Below are positions 53,461 to 60,467 of a stretch of 60,467 bases of DNA, one piece after another. The stretch lies in assembly GCA_964502885.1 (NCBI GenBank), contig CAZCXU010000005.1, forward strand, positions 1-60,467, given 5' to 3'. Position numbers and translations under genes: made by a program. Origin of the DNA: an uncultured Gammaproteobacteria bacterium (GTDB lineage Bacteria > Patescibacteriota > Microgenomatia > CAZETR01 > Amesbacteraceae). The notes under the pieces are model-generated. The model had not been told where the DNA came from and searched no databases. It saw only the letters and a program-made list of their open reading frames with translations. Each line of letters opens with the position of its first letter. The stretch's first letter is position 1.

Positions 53461-53581
53461 CAATGTTTTTACTATTATTTGGACTGTCGACTAGTTCAGT
53501 CATGGTTGATAGATGTAATGTGTCGACTTTGGATAATTCCAAAAAGAATATTGTTTTTCTGTCAAAAAGTTTATTTTAAAT

Positions 53582-54124
53582 TTAACTAATTTTTGAAAAG
53601 TGGTTCTGGTAGCGTTTGATGGATTCTTCCACTGTCTTAATGGATTCGGCGCGAGGTAAAAATCCGGTAACTTTTACCCATTTGCCGGGCTCGATACTCT
53701 TGTAGTTTTCGTAGAAGTGCTTGATCTTGTTTCGTAAGAATTCGGGCAACTGGTCAATATCTTCGACGTCTTTGAATGAGGGGTCAACTTTTACTTTGGG
53801 AAGAGCAATAAGCTTGGCGTCTACCCCTTCTTCGTCTTCGGTGGCCAGCATACCAATAAGACGGCATTCAATGAGAGTACCTGTGGAGACGGGAACGCTA
53901 CTTACCACAACGATATCTATCGGATCCTCATCTTCACTCCAGGTGCCCGGGATGAAGCCATAGTTGAAAGGATAAGTGAAAGCGGTGTAAAGAAAACGGT
54001 CAGCTTTGATGATCTGCAGATCTTTATCGTATTCGTATTTGATCTGAGAACCAACCGGGATTTCGACTATGACATTGAGGTGTTTGTTGGCGTCGCCAGC
54101 AGGTATGTCGTGAAGAAGATTCAT
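53582..54124 (-). CDS. ppa: Inorganic pyrophosphatase (family I)
   Basis: NVIVEIPVGSQIKYEYDK, YPFNYGFIPGT, DEDPIDIVV, DAKLIA. Confidence 0.93.
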   Translation of the reverse strand: MNLLHDIPAGDANKHLNVIVEIPVGSQIKYEYDKDLQIIKADRFLYTAFTYPFNYGFIPGTWSEDEDPIDIVVVSSVPVSTGTLIECRLIGMLATEDEEGVDAKLIALPKVKVDPSFKDVEDIDQLPEFLRNKIKHFYENYKSIEPGKWVKVTGFLPRAESIKTVEESIKRYQNHFSKIS

Positions 54125-54220
54125 GCTAGGTTAGGATTTTAGTCTACCAGAAGGGATTGATGCAAGCAGCAACCTTGTTTATCCCCTTTCGCATAGAGCT
54201 GGGGTGTGAGCCCGGGGAGA

Positions 54221-55447
54221 TCATGAGCATTTTAGGTAAATTCCCTGTCCGCGGCGGACACAAAGATTTTCTTTGCCAATTTTTTGGCGCAGGCGGGATA
54301 TTTGTTTGTCCAGAGCCCAATCAGACGGTACGGTTTCAGCGTCCCAGATGGTGTCCATAATTTCTTCGCGACTGAGGACTTTTCCCGGATTAGTTATTAA
54401 CAATTTAAGGATTCTGAACTCTTTATTGGCCAGTGTTTTTTTGAGTCCGTATCCAAGGTGGTATATTTCGTCCAGTTCTCCGTCGTAGCAAAGAGTGGGA
54501 ACGAATAGGGTGTTGCGGTCCAGATAATTTTTCAGGAGAGAGGAAAATATCTGAACCTTATTTTCCTTGATGCGAACCTGGATACCTAGATTTTGGAGTA
54601 AGGAGTCGGCATGGTTGGCCTTTAGTTTGGCTTTTTCCAAGTCAGTAAATTGTGACAGAATGCGGTGACATTGAAAGTCCAGGTTTTCTGCCGGATTAGT
54701 TTTGGCGGATGAAGCCAGGTTTTGTACCAGAAATTTGATGGTACCGGCGTGTCCTCCGGATAAACTGACGATTTCGTCTCTTTGTTTTTGTGTCAGATTG
54801 ATGTGGTAGCCACTTTCGTGGCGTGAGACTAACTCTGTGGCATCGATTCCGGAGAATGGTGTCATCCAGACAATTTTTTGAAACAGAAAGTGCGGAGAGG
54901 TGAATGGTCTGGTGCCGGAAAATATATATTGGACTGGGAGTGGGGCCGATTGTCTAATAGCTACGAGATGGTGGTAAATAATTTCCAGATCCAATTTCCT
55001 GACCAGATCGAAATTATTGAACGCGAATACCAGGGTCTGGTGGGAATTTGAAATAATTTCCTGAATATCTGCCTCCACCGCCTTGATCAGCATGGCTGGT
55101 GACATTTGAGCTTGGTTAGACAGGTAGTGCCAATCCCCTACCTGTCTCGGAAAATGTTTTGCGAGATTAGCTCCGATAAGATGATAAAAACCCGAGAGTG
55201 AAATTTCGGTAATCTCATCAACATTTATAAAGATCCAGCGGAAATTCTGAACTTTTGAGCCCAGGTAGAGTTTTTGAATATCGGGGCGGGTACAGATAAA
55301 ACGCAGTGTGTTGATTTTGCAGTTGTCTTTGACGCCGATCAGCGAAATGGATTCGCCATTTTCAACACCTGTACAGATTTTTGAGACGATATCCTGACGG
55401 TAGGTCTGCGGATAGTTTTGTTCTGAGACAAAACCGGAGCTGTCCAT
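54221..55447 (-). CDS. Degenerate-P-loop STAND/AAA-like domain fused to a C-terminal OmpR/PhoB-type winged-helix DNA-binding domain
   Basis: C-terminal KEFRILKLLITNPGKVLSREEIMDTIWDAE...LDKQISRLRQKIG...RRGQGIYL. The N-terminal Walker-A position reads GVKDNCKI. Also LVFAFNNFDLV (Walker-B-like) and LSGGHAGTIKFL. Confidence 0.65.
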   Translation of the reverse strand: MDSSGFVSEQNYPQTYRQDIVSKICTGVENGESISLIGVKDNCKINTLRFICTRPDIQKLYLGSKVQNFRWIFINVDEITEISLSGFYHLIGANLAKHFPRQVGDWHYLSNQAQMSPAMLIKAVEADIQEIISNSHQTLVFAFNNFDLVRKLDLEIIYHHLVAIRQSAPLPVQYIFSGTRPFTSPHFLFQKIVWMTPFSGIDATELVSRHESGYHINLTQKQRDEIVSLSGGHAGTIKFLVQNLASSAKTNPAENLDFQCHRILSQFTDLEKAKLKANHADSLLQNLGIQVRIKENKVQIFSSLLKNYLDRNTLFVPTLCYDGELDEIYHLGYGLKKTLANKEFRILKLLITNPGKVLSREEIMDTIWDAETVPSDWALDKQISRLRQKIGKENLCVRRGQGIYLKCS

Positions 55448-55528
55448 TAGGACATTATCGCATTATGAGGCAATATATACTAACATGAGTATGTCAGGGA
55501 ATGTCAGGTTTCCGACAAGCAGTGTCGG

Positions 55529-55864
55529 ATGGCACGGTGTTTAATGTGGAACACGATGACAAGTTTTTTCGAGTGCGAAAATGGTATGGCAATCCGAGCG
55601 GTGGCTACTTATCCGGAATGTAGCGGGTGCAGACTGCAAGCAAGTGCGGCGAAACTTTTAGATAACAGATTGAAAGCAGAGGGGGTTGAGTCTGTATTAG
55701 CAGAGCAAATGAGGTTGGTATGTGTGACGCTGGTGTCTATGAATTTTTTGCATATGGTAAGCGGTAGATATTCAAAACATGGAGATTTGGGTGAGGAGAT
55801 AAGGGTGTCTGGGGCTTCGGGAATATGTGCACACTTTGCTGACGAACTGGAAAATTATCAGTAG
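55529..55864 (+). CDS. Hypothetical Cys-rich small protein
   Basis: 111-aa ORF between the two wHTH genes. No motif recognised. Confidence 0.3.
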   Translation: MARCLMWNTMTSFFECENGMAIRAVATYPECSGCRLQASAAKLLDNRLKAEGVESVLAEQMRLVCVTLVSMNFLHMVSGRYSKHGDLGEEIRVSGASGICAHFADELENYQ

Positions 55865-55891
55865 CGGGAAGCGTTTGTTTGCCAATTTTTA

Positions 55892-56926
55892 TCAAGATAT
55901 CAACAGATAGCCTGTGCCGCGGTGGGCCTGGATGACTTTGCGGGGAATGCCCTGATTAGCCAACTTACGGCGCAGTCGTTCAACCTTTTTGGTAATGGCG
56001 GAATTGGTGATTTCCGGCTGATTTGGCCAGAGATGGTTGGCAATGGTGTCGTAGGATAAAGATTGGTCTTTGTGATCGACTAGGAAGTTGAGGAGCTGAG
56101 ATTCGGACAGGGAAAGATTGTTAATGGGTTGATTTGCATAATAAATGGTGTGACCAGAGATGGACCAATGCTGGTTGGGATTGGGCATGTGGAGTTTTTT
56201 TATAAAACGCTGACTGGCGAGGCGGAGATCCGCGGGGTATGGAGAGTCAAGGCATTGCATTACGGAAGAGGTATATTTAATGCCACAGTTCAGGTTTGTA
56301 AAGTGCAGAAGAAAATCGATGGAAATTTGGCAATCACGCCAGGAAAACCCGGCAGATTCCATATGCGGCCGGAAAATACAGGTAAGTATTGACCAGATAA
56401 GATCGCTGATTGCCGCGTCGCTTCTGAGGTAAATAGTGATGTCTGTGGTGCCTGGTTTGGCGAGGCTGAAGGTAGAAAGCGGACCGTAGTCGCTGGTGTA
56501 GACATTGATAGTTTTTAGGTGGTTGGGAAATATTGGAGAGATGTTTTTGAGCGTTGACCAAAAAGTTGGTTCCACTCTCCCCCACTCTTTTTGTAATTTG
56601 TGAGTTAAAAGACTGTGTTTTTTGAAATCTGCTTTTGGGCGGAGCAAACTGGCGACTTGGGATATGAGTTTGGGTGGCGCCTGGATTGGGGTTTCCCATT
56701 TGAGTTTTCCTGTTTCCGGCCAGAAGTTGGGAATGGTGTGGTAGGCCAGATCTGGGAAATAAATAACCGGAGTGGAAGATTTCTTGGGCAAAAACGGAAG
56801 GATGATAAAGCCACGTTCCTGAAGAGCATTTGAAGGTAAACGCGAAGCCAAATAGATAATTCGGCGAGCTTCCATTTCCAGGGAATAGTTAAAGGTGACA
56901 AGAGGATGGGTCGAGAATGACGTCAT
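55892..56926 (-). CDS. Receiver-less OmpR/PhoB-type winged-helix protein with an unknown N-terminal domain
   Basis: C-terminal LSESQLLNFLVDHKDQSLSYDTIANHLWPN...ITKKVERLRRKL...HRGTGYLL. The roughly 250-aa N-terminal part was not recognised. Confidence 0.6.
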   Translation of the reverse strand: MTSFSTHPLVTFNYSLEMEARRIIYLASRLPSNALQERGFIILPFLPKKSSTPVIYFPDLAYHTIPNFWPETGKLKWETPIQAPPKLISQVASLLRPKADFKKHSLLTHKLQKEWGRVEPTFWSTLKNISPIFPNHLKTINVYTSDYGPLSTFSLAKPGTTDITIYLRSDAAISDLIWSILTCIFRPHMESAGFSWRDCQISIDFLLHFTNLNCGIKYTSSVMQCLDSPYPADLRLASQRFIKKLHMPNPNQHWSISGHTIYYANQPINNLSLSESQLLNFLVDHKDQSLSYDTIANHLWPNQPEITNSAITKKVERLRRKLANQGIPRKVIQAHRGTGYLLIS

Positions 56927-56973
56927 AATTTGTCATGCTATTTTACCTTTTAGGATTACTATTGAGTAGACGT

Positions 56974-58434
56974 ATGCCAAAAGAGGCCGAAAATACAGGC
57001 GTAAACGAGGACTTATTTTTTGTTGGTCGGGAATTTGAAATCGGAAATGCATTGGGGATAGTTCGGCGCTTTGGCGAGAGAAATACTGCTGCAGGAGTTT
57101 TGTTTTTTACGGGATGTGCCGGGTCAGGAAAAACCACTCTAGTAAGAGAGATCGACAAACGATTGGAGGGTCAGAAGCGGAATCATGTCTTGGTAGACTT
57201 TGTAGATGAGGATAAAGAGGCTGTGGAGCGAATGGATGCTGATAAGCTGTTGGTAGTAGAAAAAATAATATATGGAATGGAAAAGGGTGAGACGAGGGAG
57301 AAAGCGCTAGAGATGTTGACGGAGGCAAAAGTAATTACAAAAGATTACTCGAGTGAGGAAAAAGCGGACTGGGCAAATAGACTGTTTGAGGAAATCGTGA
57401 GCATGGAATCCGGGAGGGGTAAGAAATTGGTTTTGGGAATTTGCGGTTTGGATAACTTGACGCAAAAGACACGAGAGTGGATTTTTGAAGGGATGGCAGG
57501 TAACGCTATAGTATCGAGAGATTTACTGATTATTGCCGAAGGCTCGGCCGGTGTGTATATGAAGCCTCCGGTAAGAAGAAGATTGGAAACAGTGCGGATA
57601 GGCAATTTGGATAAGAAAGCAGCGCAGGAAATTTTTACTGATAAAGAGGTGTTTGAGGAGGTATACAACCTGACTGCTGGACATGTGGGGATGCTGGGGT
57701 TTGCGGCGGATATTGTGAAGAAGTGGAGAATTGCAGGAGTGGAATATTCTCTGGGCAAATTGGCTGGGGAGATAAAGAGGCAGTATATCGATGGGGTGAT
57801 ACTGGATGGATTGGGGGTGGAAGCTGCGGGAAAATCATTAATTGGAGTGGCCGGAGTGGGACGGAGTTTTGGTCCCAGGAGCCTCCAGGATAATTTGAAG
57901 ATTTTCGGAGTGGAGTTGGGTGGGGATTTTCGATGGATAATGCGTGTGGGAAACATTTTTCATGATGCCGGGATTACTTTGCGAGGAATGACGTTTAATG
58001 ATAACTCTTTGGCTTTGGCTTATAGGCAAGTGTTGCAATTGTGGATGAAAACTGAGTATCCAGAACAGTGGCTAGAGTGTCATCGCGCGGCAATATCCAG
58101 AATAGAATCTCAGCCAACGAGTGATACCCGCTGTTTGTCGGCCGAAGTTGCTAGGGAATGCTGGTATCTGGAAATGCAATTGCCGGTTCAGGAAAGGAAA
58201 ACTTTTGCGCAAAGAAAGCAGTGGCTCGTAGATGGTGGAAAGACTGATATGTCAAAGCTGGTGAAGCATCAGCCGGAGGAATATTATAACTATCTGTTCT
58301 ACTTAGGGCTTGGTTGGGATGATGATAAAGAACTGACTGATCTGTTGGGGGTTGCGGAAGCTAAAGATGTAGCCGAAGCCATTAGAATCCGCAAACTTGA
58401 AGTAATGAAAAGGCTGGATGAAATGAATGAATAG
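56974..58434 (+). CDS. P-loop NTPase of STAND/AAA_16 type with a helical C-terminal half
   Basis: FVGREFEIGNALGIV...VLFFTGCAGSGKTTLVREI (Walker A), LVLGICGLDNL (Walker B). Alpha-helical C-terminal region. The ATG at 56974 is preferred to 56935. Divergent from the wHTH gene across 47 bp. Confidence 0.7.
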   Translation: MPKEAENTGVNEDLFFVGREFEIGNALGIVRRFGERNTAAGVLFFTGCAGSGKTTLVREIDKRLEGQKRNHVLVDFVDEDKEAVERMDADKLLVVEKIIYGMEKGETREKALEMLTEAKVITKDYSSEEKADWANRLFEEIVSMESGRGKKLVLGICGLDNLTQKTREWIFEGMAGNAIVSRDLLIIAEGSAGVYMKPPVRRRLETVRIGNLDKKAAQEIFTDKEVFEEVYNLTAGHVGMLGFAADIVKKWRIAGVEYSLGKLAGEIKRQYIDGVILDGLGVEAAGKSLIGVAGVGRSFGPRSLQDNLKIFGVELGGDFRWIMRVGNIFHDAGITLRGMTFNDNSLALAYRQVLQLWMKTEYPEQWLECHRAAISRIESQPTSDTRCLSAEVARECWYLEMQLPVQERKTFAQRKQWLVDGGKTDMSKLVKHQPEEYYNYLFYLGLGWDDDKELTDLLGVAEAKDVAEAIRIRKLEVMKRLDEMNE

Positions 58435-58453
58435 TCTTGTGCTACAGCGTAAT

Positions 58454-60407
<1,954 letters not shown>

Positions 60408-60467
60408 GGCTCACAGCCTTTCCTGGATAGTGATGCGGCGTAAGCCCACCCGCTGCAGGATGCTTGT

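Noticed and set aside
60411-60467. Possible 3' end of another minus-strand gene at the window edge (..TSILQRVGLRRITIQERL-TGA).
   Set aside because: Only 18 codons are visible and two other frames are also open. That is too little to call a feature.

Overview
This 60.5-kb window looks like a bacterial chromosome segment using the standard genetic code. TGA clearly terminates well-delimited genes, for example at 505-507 and 8347-8349. The mix of compact housekeeping genes, many membrane or secreted proteins and many ORFans fits a small-genome Patescibacteria/CPR-like organism, but that placement is inference only.

Housekeeping genes I recognise from motifs:
- Replication and DNA topology: gyrA, gyrB, dnaB, a Xer-type recombinase.
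- Translation: rpsF-ssb-rpsR, rpmE, prfA, hisS, ychF, one tRNA-Leu(CAA), dus, an RluA-type pseudouridine synthase, a DEAD-box helicase.
- Proteases: an S41 C-terminal protease and an HtrA protease.
- Others: ppa, yebC, a DksA/TraR zinc finger, two NUDIX proteins, MgtC, EamA and MFS transporters, a SNase nuclease, a SIMPL protein, an MBL hydrolase, a histidine phosphatase.

I saw no rRNA, no CRISPR array and no transposase.

Most interesting loci:
1. A 40.0-45.2 kb cassette with two diverged Ddl-like ATP-grasp ligases flanking an AdoMetDC-family (pyruvoyl decarboxylase-like) protein that has an altered self-cleavage motif. It also has a convergent stand-alone C39-type cysteine peptidase, a divergent RHH-degenerate-Nudix regulator with 20-bp-phased direct repeats, and an MFS transporter. 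This is my best candidate for an undescribed system.
2. A 54.2-58.4 kb island with a P-loop STAND-like NTPase, a paralogous degenerate-P-loop ATPase fused to an OmpR-type winged helix, and a second receiver-less OmpR-type protein.
3. An AT-rich ORFan next to gyrA whose N-terminus appears split at an A8 slippery run.
4. A canonical NOX/ferric-reductase flavocytochrome.
5. An intrinsic terminator sitting 17 nt upstream of the hisS start, downstream of a promoter-like element (attenuator or T-box-like leader).
6. A 684-bp non-coding region with a perfect DnaA box.
7. A TAATAT-NN-CGCAG motif shared directly in front of both gyrase genes.

All functional calls come from motif recognition by eye. 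No database search was run, and start codons are approximate.
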